64,000 nt of DNA from Desulfatiglandales bacterium. Its GTDB lineage: Bacteria > Desulfobacterota > DSM-4660 > Desulfatiglandales > HGW-15. This document shows positions 39,093-48,982 of this stretch, in pieces. The stretch lies in contig CAXXJJ010000001.1 of NCBI GenBank assembly GCA_963667015.2, positions 1,408,001-1,472,000 on the forward strand, given 5' to 3'. Within the stretch, counting starts at the first letter, position 1, and each line of letters begins with the position of its first letter. Made by a program: the position numbers and the translations under genes. A model generated the notes under the pieces. That model was given only the letters and a program-made list of their open reading frames with translations, did not search any database and was not told the DNA's origin.

Positions 39093-41207
39093 TCACTTGT
39101 ACGTCAGGGTAAATTCCATGCCGATACTTCGGCCTCGATCCTTATAGTAACCTGTAACATAACGTGTAGAGAAGTGTTCATTCCCCAGGTTTCGGCCAAA
39201 GATAGAGGCAGTAAGTAAAAAATCATTGAACTTAAAATCCCGCTGGATATTTGCATCGATTTTTGTGTAATCTCCAAGTCCCTCTGTTTCAGCCACTCCC
39301 ATAGGGCTGCGGGAGTTCAACCATTTATCGGCTTTTTTGATGGACAGGTTTATTCTGTATGCATTCCATTTATGGTTTAGCTTTACAGAATACAGGTCTT
39401 CTGGTTTGCTTGTGCCAATTGAATCGGTAGTAACTCCGTCGCTGGTGGATTCAATATCAAGCATGCGTGTCCAGGTCACTTTATAGGAGGTATTTTTACA
39501 GATGCTTCCTTTAAGCATCACCTCAACGCCCCTTCTGAGTTCGTCGGATTCTGTGTAGTAATAGTAGGTGGCGTCATCAATGATGTAAGTGCTTGAGGAG
39601 GCGGACTTACCATTTTCAATATCAATATTGAACCATGTGACTGTCGGTTTTAGCCACGATGTAAAATCGGCAGCTACTGCTAATTCAACACGCTCCTGAT
39701 TTTCGCGATGAGGAGTTGCATCGTCTACCAGCCGCATATCAAAATCTCCCACCGTCCCCTGTTTACCACGATAGTAGCGGCCGTCCATGGCATAGGTATC
39801 ATTTATTCGCAAGTGGGCTCCCAGGGCAAAGACTTTGGAAGGGGCCATATCAACATTGTTGTTGGCATCGTCATTGGCCACCGCTTCATTTCTGCCTGCG
39901 CTTGAGTTATCAATATGCTTGGTGTCCTCACGATAACCTCCGTCAAAGGAAAGGTTGCCCTCCAGCATGGTATGCTCCACTGATGCTGACCAGCCAGTGA
40001 CTGTTGTGTCGTATTTCCAGTATCCATTATACAGGTTTCCCCCGAGGCCGGTGCTGTTTGACATCTGACCTCCTACCTGAAGGAGGGTATTTCCGAAACG
40101 GGCATTATGGCGAAGGCCAATACCCTTTGTCTCTTCCTCATAATCTCTATAGGAAGCGCTGTCGGATACAAAGCTTTCATTGTTTTCATTTTGTTCATAT
40201 TCGGTCTGGAAGAGGTTCAACAGTGTTATCTGGTCAGGTGTCCATTGCATCGTCATATCTGTTGAAAATATCTTGGCCTTGAGAGGGTCGTAATACCATT
40301 TAACCCCCGAAAGTTCTCCGTACACATCAATACCCCGCTGCATTTCAATATACCCTGAATCTATATAGGCCATCAGGTTGATATTGAATTTACCGGCATT
40401 AAAACCTGCATTGATCATTCCTGATTCTCCCCCGCGTCCATCAAACCAGCTGTCCTGGCTGGGCCTGTCCATCTTGGAGCCGGTCACACCGATATATCCA
40501 TTGACCCCGGAGGATTTTTCTATTTTGGTTCCCAGGTACAGGCTTTCATTTGTAGCTGTTGGATGACCGCCTACATGTTTTTCAAAAGATCCTGAGAGGG
40601 TTGCCTGTGTTTTTTCCGGCTGTTTTGTTCTGATTATAATAAATCCAGTCACAGTACCTGTCCCTGAATTTGATGCTCCTATTGGGATCGTCGGGCCAAG
40701 AGTAAGTGATGTTGATCCCCTGACGATCTGCATTTCTTCAATGGCTATTACCGGAAGCTTGTAAAGTATCCTGTTGGCAGAAGGAGGAAGGACAGCTCCG
40801 TCTATGATGTAGGTATAGCTTCCGCCGCCACGCTGAGAAATTCCAAAAGGGCTTCTGCGGCCCTGATAGGTGAGGGTAACGCCTGTTGCCTTATCAAGCA
40901 GATCATATACATCACTTGGTTCCAGGTTTTCAATATCCTCCCGGTCAAATACTTCCGTGCCGAACTGGGCGCTTTTTTCAACCCGATAAATGTTTGTAAT
41001 ACTGCTCAGATCAAGATCCTCCCGCAAAGGAACCGGCGAATCAACAACCGTCATTGGTTCAATCTGCTGTGCCGATGATGCCTGTTTTGATGATTGCTGA
41101 GCTTCATTGTCTTCCTTTTCTCCCGCAAATGCATTCGTAGCAACAGCAAGAGATGTAAGTAATAAACTGATATTAATTAAATTTCTGTATCCGTACTTCA
41201 TATCCAA
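39093..41207 (-). CDS. TonB-dependent receptor
   Basis: Signal peptide ending AFA; EPMTVV; IEEMQIVRGS plug motif; NLGNEHF...GRSIGMEFTLTYK barrel end. Confidence 0.88.
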   Translation of the reverse strand: MDMKYGYRNLINISLLLTSLAVATNAFAGEKEDNEAQQSSKQASSAQQIEPMTVVDSPVPLREDLDLSSITNIYRVEKSAQFGTEVFDREDIENLEPSDVYDLLDKATGVTLTYQGRRSPFGISQRGGGSYTYIIDGAVLPPSANRILYKLPVIAIEEMQIVRGSTSLTLGPTIPIGASNSGTGTVTGFIIIRTKQPEKTQATLSGSFEKHVGGHPTATNESLYLGTKIEKSSGVNGYIGVTGSKMDRPSQDSWFDGRGGESGMINAGFNAGKFNINLMAYIDSGYIEMQRGIDVYGELSGVKWYYDPLKAKIFSTDMTMQWTPDQITLLNLFQTEYEQNENNESFVSDSASYRDYEEETKGIGLRHNARFGNTLLQVGGQMSNSTGLGGNLYNGYWKYDTTVTGWSASVEHTMLEGNLSFDGGYREDTKHIDNSSAGRNEAVANDDANNNVDMAPSKVFALGAHLRINDTYAMDGRYYRGKQGTVGDFDMRLVDDATPHRENQERVELAVAADFTSWLKPTVTWFNIDIENGKSASSSTYIIDDATYYYYTESDELRRGVEVMLKGSICKNTSYKVTWTRMLDIESTSDGVTTDSIGTSKPEDLYSVKLNHKWNAYRINLSIKKADKWLNSRSPMGVAETEGLGDYTKIDANIQRDFKFNDFLLTASIFGRNLGNEHFSTRYVTGYYKDRGRSIGMEFTLTYK

Positions 41208-41283
41208 TTCCCCTTGGTTTCAAAATTAAATTACCTTTTGTTTTCAGATGATCAGCTCAATATCATTGTTTGTTTAGACTTCT

Positions 41284-43074
41284 CTACTCTGTCCAGCGCC
41301 AGTTGTGATCAGGTTTACTAAAGGAAAGGTTTACACCCTGAGGTTCAAATGGCAGGCCGTAAAAATCTTCATAAAAGGTCCTGGCCTCTTCCATTACATC
41401 AAATTTACATTTGTCAGGATGCAGTACCGATGCGATAAACATCAGACCAAGAATCCAGCGGGGGCTTCCGAAATCCCAGCCCGGGGCAGGGTGTTTATAG
41501 ATCTTTTTATTTTGAACCGCCGCAGCATCTATTCCCAGTCGCAGGCATTCGGCGTGAAAATCTTCAACCGAGTTTGAAATAAATGCGGATATAAATATTA
41601 TTTCAGGGTTAAGGCGGTTGAGGTCCTGTGCAGGGATTGTGGCGCCGGGGCGTCCTCCGGGAGGGATATCCCGGTTAACACTGTAGCCCCCTGCGGTCTC
41701 AACAAGCTGATTTTCCAGGCGACCGCCATTGATATAGAACAGCGGAGTTGCCATTGAATAATAGGTTCGGGGCTTTATAGGGGCGTTACCTGCTATGTCC
41801 TCTATAACATCAAGCCTGTCTTCAAGGTACAGGGCCAGTCTTTCCGAACGACTATGAGCACCTGCTTTTCTGCCAAAATGGCGGACCATTTCAATATATT
41901 TCCTGGGATGCTGTATATTGATATGCAGCTTATTGAGTCCTCCGTTTTGAAGTATTTCCTCCCAGGCCGAAATAACAATACTCTTTGATGATACTCCCAT
42001 TGAAATAAGCATTGCCTCCACTATTTCCATTGCCCTGGTAAGAGGATAGCCGCCTTCAAAATCACCTTCCTTATATGCTGTCGGCGATAATGGTCCGATT
42101 ATTTCCAGGTGCTGGGAGCAGGAGGGGCATGTGTTGGCGTGTATTGACTGATAATGGTGATTCTTTATCTTTGCGCCCATGGGGCCGTAAAAATCACGGT
42201 ATAGAACCGGTTCATTACATTTTGGACAATGAGTATTGAGAGAAGGGCTGCCCGGCGTGTTAAAAAGGTATACGTAGTTCAATACCTGCCTGGCCTTTTT
42301 GCAGAATGCCTCTGCTTCAAGAATGGACGGCTCCATGGAGATATCTGCTGCTTCAAAGGGGAGAAAACGCATAACCTGAAGAGGTATGCCCCTGGATATT
42401 TCCGCAATATAATATGCAAGGTTCAATATTTCCGGAAGGTTTTCCTTTGACAGCATACAGGAAACCTCTATATGGATGCCTGCCTCGTACAATGTCTTCA
42501 TGTTTCTCAGGACTGGGGCAATCCCTTTTGCCCCGCATGCCCTGTATGCCTCGTCTGAAAATCCTTTCATTCCTATATTGATAAAATCAAGAAAGGGCAG
42601 CAGCCTGTTCAGCGCTTCAGGTGTAAAGTAGGTATTGGAAGAACAGCCCACAGTTAGTCCCTGTGAATGGGCAAGTTCCGCTGTTTTTAAGAAGCCTGGA
42701 AATGCCACGATAGGATCGTTCATTAAAAAAACAATACCTTCGCAACCTGTTTCAATGGCGTTTTCAATGATTTGTGCAGGGGTCAGATGTCTGAGTGCGC
42801 TGCTTTCAGGTGACATCTCGCGTACAAGAAGCGTTGAGATACAGCCGGGGCAATTAAAGTTACATCCTGTGGTTGTGATCTGGAAAAACTTTGCCCTTGG
42901 ATGAAAATGGAGCATGGGCATTGTTTCGATGGAAATAGGGCATGCAACCAGGTACAGATCAGGGTATTTCTCGGTAATTTCATTGTCTTTCAGTTCGTAA
43001 CGACCGCAGACTCCTGTTTGTACTTCTGAAAGCCGGCATCTGAGTTCGCAGATAGAGCAGTTTAAATATTCCAT
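41284..43074 (-). CDS. Radical SAM enzyme (AmmeMemoRadiSam/PFL-activase-like) fused to a C-terminal binding-protein-like lobe
   Basis: CSICELRC..C, CNFNCPGC, PISIETMPMLHFHP; C-terminus AGGYSVN..LNPEIIFIS..AVQNKKIY..WDFGSPRWILGL..LHPD parallels the C-lobe of the SBP at 35215-36306. Confidence 0.85.
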   Translation of the reverse strand: MEYLNCSICELRCRLSEVQTGVCGRYELKDNEITEKYPDLYLVACPISIETMPMLHFHPRAKFFQITTTGCNFNCPGCISTLLVREMSPESSALRHLTPAQIIENAIETGCEGIVFLMNDPIVAFPGFLKTAELAHSQGLTVGCSSNTYFTPEALNRLLPFLDFINIGMKGFSDEAYRACGAKGIAPVLRNMKTLYEAGIHIEVSCMLSKENLPEILNLAYYIAEISRGIPLQVMRFLPFEAADISMEPSILEAEAFCKKARQVLNYVYLFNTPGSPSLNTHCPKCNEPVLYRDFYGPMGAKIKNHHYQSIHANTCPSCSQHLEIIGPLSPTAYKEGDFEGGYPLTRAMEIVEAMLISMGVSSKSIVISAWEEILQNGGLNKLHINIQHPRKYIEMVRHFGRKAGAHSRSERLALYLEDRLDVIEDIAGNAPIKPRTYYSMATPLFYINGGRLENQLVETAGGYSVNRDIPPGGRPGATIPAQDLNRLNPEIIFISAFISNSVEDFHAECLRLGIDAAAVQNKKIYKHPAPGWDFGSPRWILGLMFIASVLHPDKCKFDVMEEARTFYEDFYGLPFEPQGVNLSFSKPDHNWRWTE

Positions 43075-43075
43075 T

Positions 43076-43702
43076 TTATTTCCTTATTAAAATCCAGAGA
43101 CCGATATCTTCACTCTGCAAAATTGTAAAAGAGGGGATATGTGCTTCATAAAGGGCTTTTTCAAAGCGTATTCGGGTTTTGGGGCCCAGGTTCCGATGCA
43201 TCTTATTTTTAAATGGACCTTCCCCCTTTTGACGGGAGGTCATTTCCTGTTCAATAGAGTTTTTAAGTTCTTTTGACCCGAATCCTCCGCCGATATAAGC
43301 CCATCCATTGGGTGAAAGTACACGGTAGATTTCCCTGAAGGCCCGGGAAAGATCTTCCCAGAAAAAAACGGAGCCACGGCTTATGGCCAGATTTATACTG
43401 TTGTCCATAAGATCGATTGATGAGACATCCCCAAGTATTGCTACTGCACGTTCCCTGAGGTTGTTTTTCCGGATTGTCCGTTTTGTGATTTCAATCATGT
43501 CAGCGGATTGATCAAGAAAGTACATAAACAATTGTGTATATGATGCAAGGGCCGCTCCCAGGTAGCCGCTGCCGCAGCCTATATCAAGGCAGGTGCCGCT
43601 GGTTATGCCGGTCCTGGCCGTAATCTGGCGGGCAATGACCGGATAAACCGGTTTAAAAATGTTACTGGCAATTGAATCGAAATTTTTAGCATCTATTTCC
43701 AT
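43076..43702 (-). CDS. Class I SAM-dependent methyltransferase
   Basis: LDIGCGSG, AISRGSVFFW, YRVLSPNG; paralog of 33648-34289. Confidence 0.9.
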   Translation of the reverse strand: MEIDAKNFDSIASNIFKPVYPVIARQITARTGITSGTCLDIGCGSGYLGAALASYTQLFMYFLDQSADMIEITKRTIRKNNLRERAVAILGDVSSIDLMDNSINLAISRGSVFFWEDLSRAFREIYRVLSPNGWAYIGGGFGSKELKNSIEQEMTSRQKGEGPFKNKMHRNLGPKTRIRFEKALYEAHIPSFTILQSEDIGLWILIRK

Positions 43703-43917
43703 ATAAATCCTTTTTCAGAGTGATTACGTGCCCGATGAAGTTCGGACCGGGTTACCCTTTGGCTTATTTCTGCCATTTAACCATATCTGTCTTCCTAATT
43801 TATAAAATGGAGAGGCAATCAGTAATTCAGATAAGTGTAAGTTATAAATATAAAATGTAGTTTAAAAAATAAATAAATGTTATTATTGAATTATTTACGA
43901 AAAGTCAATAGTTTGTT

Positions 43918-43944
43918 TTGTTAATATTGATATAAGGATAACAT
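43918..43944. promoter_or_regulatory. Candidate NikR-type operator
   Basis: TTGTTA-N15-TAACAT, about 10 bp upstream of a minus-strand TTGACT (43903-43908). AT-rich context raises the chance of a random match. Confidence 0.4.
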
Positions 43945-44242
43945 CTTAATAATATTAGAGAAAAAGAACCAGAAACGTCGGACAGGATGCGGAATAGTGA
44001 AGGAAAATAAATTGAAAAGTAATTTAAAAAAGACATAAGATAATCTCTGAGTCATTGGATCTGTGCATATTTCCTCTACTTGAATTGCGTTTGAAAAGGT
44101 AATAATGTAATATAATCAATATAATATTGCCAAATGAAAAAATTTGTGAGTTTGATGGAGAAAAGGCAAAAATATTTTGATAATAATTATAACATACATA
44201 TATTATGATTGACATAAGTAAAGTGTTGCGATAATATCTCAT

Positions 44243-44446
44243 TACTTTTTGTTAGGTTTTTCAGATTCAGCCGGAAAGGCCTGGAGAGTTGCTCTCCTGG
44301 CCTTTCCAATTCTGAATATTATGTCAGGGGTAGCACATACATTGGCCCTGGCATAATAGAAATATTATTTAATATTTCGAATACTTTTTGATTTTCCTAT
44401 TTGGAGAGACAGGCCGAAGGAGTTTCTCTTTCGGTCTGTTATTTTT
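44243..44446 (+). ncRNA. Candidate structured small RNA
   Basis: TTGACA(44209)-N17-TAATAT upstream; hairpins at 44273-44307, 44317-44358, 44359-44378; final hairpin 44409-44439 followed by tattttt; no credible ORF. Confidence 0.4.
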
Positions 44447-44482
44447 ATAGGCCGGATGTTTTATCGAGAGAATATCCGGATC

Positions 44483-44525
44483 AAAAAAAGACGGTTATCC
44501 ATTACCGTATTGGGGGATAACCGTC
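44483..44525 (-). terminator. Intrinsic terminator of the liv-type operon
   Basis: gacggttatcc...ggataaccgtc stem followed by T7 on the minus strand. Confidence 0.8.
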
Positions 44526-44553
44526 CATATTGGAATGATCATATTGGGCAGTC

Positions 44554-45756
44554 CTAATCTGCTCCCGGTACTACCTTTTCAATCAAAACAGTCTCGCCAT
44601 TTTCGATTCTGTAAATATACTTGGGGATGCAAACGCCCTGGCCATCTACAATATCATATGTGTATTTCAAACCCTGGAATCCCTTCTTGTTGTTGGCATA
44701 GTCCCTTATTTTCATGCGTTCTTCCTTGAGTTTTGCCGGATCTCCTGTAATTCCCTGGACCTCAATGGCCTCTTTTATTAAATACAGCAGTTCGGCATTG
44801 TAGTGACACATGAATTTTAATGGTTCGCCGTTGTGGGTGTCCATATAAAGTTTGAGGTATTCATCATATTTAGGGTTTTCACTGTATGTTGGCGATGTAC
44901 CGGTATAAAGACCTTCACTATATCCCTGGGATTGTTTCAGGAAAACAGGCCCCATGGAATTGGCCCAAAGCCAGATGTGACCGGGGTTAACACCGCGTTC
45001 GATCAGTTCCTTTACTACCTTTGCAGCGGTCTCTTCGGAGCATGCCACATAAAATGCATCAGCCCCGGTATTTATTGCCCTTACCGCAATACTGCTGTAG
45101 TCAAGCATTCCTGAAGGAGTTTCAATCGTGTCGAAGGTCTTTAATCCCATTTCTTCGGCCTTACTTTTATGAGCCTCCCATGTGGTAGTTATGAATGTAT
45201 AGCTGGGTTCAATAATGCCGGCTATTGATTTTATATCGGGAACATGTTTAATCCACAATGGCATGGCATACTCTTTTTCTTCTGCAACAGTACCGGAGGT
45301 ATTTAATATCCAGGGCTTAAACTGTTTCAATATGTCGTCTGTAGCGGTTCCTGAAAAGGCATATATCCCTTCCCGCACGGCAAGAGGCATGGCTGCCTTG
45401 CATTCATCACCATTCATGGGGCCAAGCAGGCAAAGGGCCTTTTCATCAATAATCTGCGCCATGCACGCAGCCGCCTTTGGTGGATCCATACCGGTATCGT
45501 AATATTCAACAACAAGGGGCTTTCCTGCAATTCCGCCTGAACTGTTGATCTCATCAACAACCTTGTTGGTCAGCCATCTGTGCTGGGCCGCATCACCTGC
45601 AATTGAACCGGTGAGAAATATCAGGAATGGTATTTTCCATTCACTTGCCGGGCCGGTTTTTTCCGGTTCCTGTTGTCCGCATGATAAAACAGATAAAACC
45701 ATGCTCAATAGAACAGCGGTTAGTAAATACATAAGGCTTTTTTTTCCTGCTCTCAT
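44554..45756 (-). CDS. Branched-chain amino acid-type ABC substrate-binding lipoprotein
   Basis: Lipobox VLSC; LTGSIA, EINSSGGIAGKPL..YDT. Confidence 0.9.
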   Translation of the reverse strand: MRAGKKSLMYLLTAVLLSMVLSVLSCGQQEPEKTGPASEWKIPFLIFLTGSIAGDAAQHRWLTNKVVDEINSSGGIAGKPLVVEYYDTGMDPPKAAACMAQIIDEKALCLLGPMNGDECKAAMPLAVREGIYAFSGTATDDILKQFKPWILNTSGTVAEEKEYAMPLWIKHVPDIKSIAGIIEPSYTFITTTWEAHKSKAEEMGLKTFDTIETPSGMLDYSSIAVRAINTGADAFYVACSEETAAKVVKELIERGVNPGHIWLWANSMGPVFLKQSQGYSEGLYTGTSPTYSENPKYDEYLKLYMDTHNGEPLKFMCHYNAELLYLIKEAIEVQGITGDPAKLKEERMKIRDYANNKKGFQGLKYTYDIVDGQGVCIPKYIYRIENGETVLIEKVVPGAD

Positions 45757-45759
45757 CCA

Positions 45760-46599
45760 TTACCCCCTTTTAAATCTCTTTATTGTTTTTCGGTCTATAA
45801 TGCCGCCGGGGCGTACCAGCAGCATAGCAATTAGCAGCACACCATATATGATAACGGAAAGCCCTGTCAGATTCTTTGGTAGAAACTGGCTTATACTCCA
45901 TAAAAAGGGCGCTGAAATGATAATTCCCCACATGGTATACATTCCGCCCAGTACTACAATTGTTATGGCATACATCATCAAATTCATATTGAATTGCGCA
46001 GGAAAAGCGCCTTCCATTGTATAGGCATAGAGTACACCTGCGATGGAACCTATAGCAGAGCTTATAACCTGGAATTGGACACTCAGCCTGCCTGTATTAA
46101 TACCCAGTGTTGAAGCCACATCCCTGTCAAAATGGATTGCATCCATTGCCCTGCCGATATGTGAGGAATCCATGTGATAAACAATGTACCCGATTAACAG
46201 AAGAAGACCGTATGTTATGGATAATGTAATATGATGCGGCATGAAGGGCATGCCGAAGAGACCGTAGCGTGCACCCAGGGCATCGGTATTCTTAACTGCG
46301 GTCTGTATTATCAGGAGGATTGCCATACTTGCTATAACCATTGGGAATGGGCCCAGCTTTGCGAGCCTGAAGGCAGGTATCAATGCTATCAGCATGCTTA
46401 ATATTACGGCACCTGTGAGAACCAGCCACACAGGCCAGCCCCAGTTTATTGAGGTATAGGCCGCAAAATAAGCGCCAATACACATGGAGTAGAGTGAGCC
46501 GAAGTAGGGCTGGTTTATGCGGAACATAAGATAAACTGCCCAGCCTATCATTATATATATGGCGGAAAATTCAAAAAAATAAAATTGAGTTAGAGTCAT
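45760..46599 (-). CDS. livM: HAAT-family ABC permease
   Basis: SHIGRAMDAI..A..LGIN, VVLGGM..WG, RPGGI. Confidence 0.85.
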   Translation of the reverse strand: MTLTQFYFFEFSAIYIMIGWAVYLMFRINQPYFGSLYSMCIGAYFAAYTSINWGWPVWLVLTGAVILSMLIALIPAFRLAKLGPFPMVIASMAILLIIQTAVKNTDALGARYGLFGMPFMPHHITLSITYGLLLLIGYIVYHMDSSHIGRAMDAIHFDRDVASTLGINTGRLSVQFQVISSAIGSIAGVLYAYTMEGAFPAQFNMNLMMYAITIVVLGGMYTMWGIIISAPFLWSISQFLPKNLTGLSVIIYGVLLIAMLLVRPGGIIDRKTIKRFKRG

Positions 46600-46609
46600 A
46601 TTGTTTCCA

Positions 46610-47482
46610 CTAATGCTGAGAGCCGAATATCCCTTCCGGCTTGAACAAAAGAACCAGCAGTATCACTGAAAATGCAAACGCCTTTGTCCAGTCCGGTGGT
46701 AAATAACCCATTACCAGGCTTTCAACTATTCCAATAAAAATAGCGCAGATTAATCCGCCCTTTAAATTTCCTATGCCTGCAAGAAAAAGTATGGCAAGGC
46801 ACATCAGGGTGATATTGTCACCAAGCGCAGGTGATGCTGCGCCATGTGAGACAGCCATTAAAATAGCCACGATCCCGGCTAAAAGACCGCCAAGGGCAAA
46901 GCTTATAAACATGGTTTTTGGAATTGAGATACCCATCATGGCTGCAACTTCCGTATCCTGTGCTACGGCCCTTAATATCCTGCCCTGTTTTGTGTGATAG
47001 AGAAATTTGAAGAATACAAATAAAAGTATAATACCCAGGGCCAGTGATACAATCTGACCGATCCCGATGCTGGCAAGCCCGAACTTTATCGCTGAATCTG
47101 ACATCTGTATGTATCCGGGAAAGGCTATTGGGAGCCCGTGGTTAAGCCAGTGGGACATTACTTCAACGCTTATAAGTGCGATGCCGATTGATATTACCAG
47201 TGCTTCCAGATGGGCACGTTTTTTAATAAACGGTAAAAACAGTGGTGTGAGTGCAGCGTTTATGACTATGCCTGAAACAACCGTCCCTGCGGCTGCCAGG
47301 AAGATGCTGTGGGTAGCTTCCAGTATGAGCCACCCTGCATATATTGAAAGTACCAGCAATTGGCTGTAGCTGAAATTAAGCACTCCCGTGACAAGGATAA
47401 GAAGATTAAATCCTATAGTCACTATCCCGTAAAGAATACCAAGCTGTATCCCTGATATTATATAGCTTGTTAAGGCTTCCAT
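46610..47482 (-). CDS. livH: HAAT-family ABC permease
   Basis: GFNLL..TGVLNFS, TKQGRILRAVAQD, KPEGIFG. Confidence 0.88.
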   Translation of the reverse strand: MEALTSYIISGIQLGILYGIVTIGFNLLILVTGVLNFSYSQLLVLSIYAGWLILEATHSIFLAAAGTVVSGIVINAALTPLFLPFIKKRAHLEALVISIGIALISVEVMSHWLNHGLPIAFPGYIQMSDSAIKFGLASIGIGQIVSLALGIILLFVFFKFLYHTKQGRILRAVAQDTEVAAMMGISIPKTMFISFALGGLLAGIVAILMAVSHGAASPALGDNITLMCLAILFLAGIGNLKGGLICAIFIGIVESLVMGYLPPDWTKAFAFSVILLVLLFKPEGIFGSQH

Positions 47483-47499
47483 GCATTCTCCATAAAATA

Positions 47500-48216
47500 T
47501 CAGCCTCCGAGATACGCCTGTTGAACAACTTTGTTATCCATCAACTCCTTACCGGTGCCATAGAGTATAATGCTGCCGGTCTGGAAGACATATGCCCGGT
47601 TCGCATGCTGTAAAGTCTTTCTGGCGTTTTGTTCGCTCAGCAGTATGGTGTAACCGTCTTCTTTCAGGTCCAGTATCAGCCTGAACACTTCTTCAACCAC
47701 CTTGGGGGCTAAGCCTAGGGACGGTTCATCGAGCATCAGGAGGGCAGGATCAGACATAAGTGCCCTTGCAATGGCAACAAGCTGCCTCTGGCCCCCGCTC
47801 AGGGTCCCGGCCTGCTGGTACCTGCGTTCCTTTAAGATAGGAAATCTCTCAAACATTTTTTCGATCTGTTCGTTTATGCTGCCCTTAAAATGAACAGCGC
47901 CAAGCTGCAGGTTCTCCAGTATGGACATAAAGGGAAATACCCCGCCACCCTCCGGGACATAGGCAATCCCCGATGAAACAATATCAGGTGTGGACAGCCT
48001 TGTGATATCCTTTCCGCGGTACATTATACTGCCGTACGTGCATTTTTGTATGCCCAGTATTGCCTTCATGAGTGTGGATTTGCCTGCACCGTTGGCACCT
48101 ACCAGACCGAGGATTTCATTTTTAAATATTTTTAAGGAAACATCCCTTATGGCACAGATCTGTCCGTAAAAGGTGGAAATATTATCTATATCCAGAAGCA
48201 GACTATTCTGTTCCAA
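47500..48216 (-). CDS. livF: HAAT-family ABC ATPase
   Basis: GANGAGKST, AGTLSGGQRQ, LDEPSLGLAP, AYLGG. Confidence 0.93.
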   Translation of the reverse strand: MEQNSLLLDIDNISTFYGQICAIRDVSLKIFKNEILGLVGANGAGKSTLMKAILGIQKCTYGSIMYRGKDITRLSTPDIVSSGIAYVPEGGGVFPFMSILENLQLGAVHFKGSINEQIEKMFERFPILKERRYQQAGTLSGGQRQLVAIARALMSDPALLMLDEPSLGLAPKVVEEVFRLILDLKEDGYTILLSEQNARKTLQHANRAYVFQTGSIILYGTGKELMDNKVVQQAYLGG

Positions 48217-48982
48217 GGTATGCCTCCAGCACCCTGGGATCGTCCTTTATATTGTCCGGATTCCCTTCTGCTATTTTTTCACCGAAGTCCAGGACTGATA
48301 CCCTGTCGGCATTTTCCATAACAAGCTTCATGTCGTGGCTGATAAGTACTATGGTAACATCGGTATCCCTGATCTGCCTGATGATTTTCCCCACTATCCG
48401 GCTTTCCTCTAATCCCATACCTGCTGTGGGTTCATCAAGAATAACAAGTTTCGGTTCCGTTGCCATGGAGCGGGCTATTTGAAGAAGCTGGCATTCAACC
48501 CAGCTGAGTTCAGCTCCTGAACGTTCCGCCGATCCGGTCATGCCTACCATATCAAGGAGTTCCATTGCCCTTGTTTCTGTTTTTTTCTCTTCTTCTCTTC
48601 TTAAAAAATGAGGGTAGAACATTGTTTTGAGCATACCTGATTTTATCCGGGGGTGGCATCCTGTCATGATATTTTGCAGGCAGTTTAAGTGAGGAAGAAT
48701 CTGTGCCTTCTGGAATGTTCTGGAAATACCTTTTTCTGTGATAGAGTGAGGTTCAAGATTGCTGATTATATTACCCATAAACAGGATTTTACCGTTCTCA
48801 GGCCTGATAAGCCCTGAAACAGCATTGGTAAATGTTGTTTTCCCGGCGCCGTTGGGACCTATAAGACCATGGATTTCACCTTCTCTGACGTTTACATCTA
48901 CCTTGTTAAGGGCTATGAGTCCTCCGAAATGAATGCTCAATCCTTTTGTTGAAAGAATTACACTGTTTTCAGTATCAGCCAT
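48203..48982 (-). CDS. livG: HAAT-family ABC ATPase
   Basis: FGGLIAL, GPNGAGKTT, RTFQ, LDEPTAG, VLEAYLG. Confidence 0.93.
   Translation of the reverse strand: MADTENSVILSTKGLSIHFGGLIALNKVDVNVREGEIHGLIGPNGAGKTTFTNAVSGLIRPENGKILFMGNIISNLEPHSITEKGISRTFQKAQILPHLNCLQNIMTGCHPRIKSGMLKTMFYPHFLRREEEKKTETRAMELLDMVGMTGSAERSGAELSWVECQLLQIARSMATEPKLVILDEPTAGMGLEESRIVGKIIRQIRDTDVTIVLISHDMKLVMENADRVSVLDFGEKIAEGNPDNIKDDPRVLEAYLGTE

Noticed and set aside
43715..43770. SAM-I riboswitch-like string gcccgatgaagttcgg
   Set aside because: It lies antisense to the operon and lacks the P1 AUC, GCAACC and GUGC elements.
43703..43860. Cobalamin or Moco riboswitch, or a RiPP precursor, in the uptake-operon leader
   Set aside because: No B12-box or complete Moco motif was recognised; the only mini-ORF noticed (MVKWQK) is too short to support.
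44024..44242. 72-aa ORF in the intergenic gap
   Set aside because: Low-complexity Ile/Tyr/Asn translation of AT-rich DNA, with no RBS or motif.
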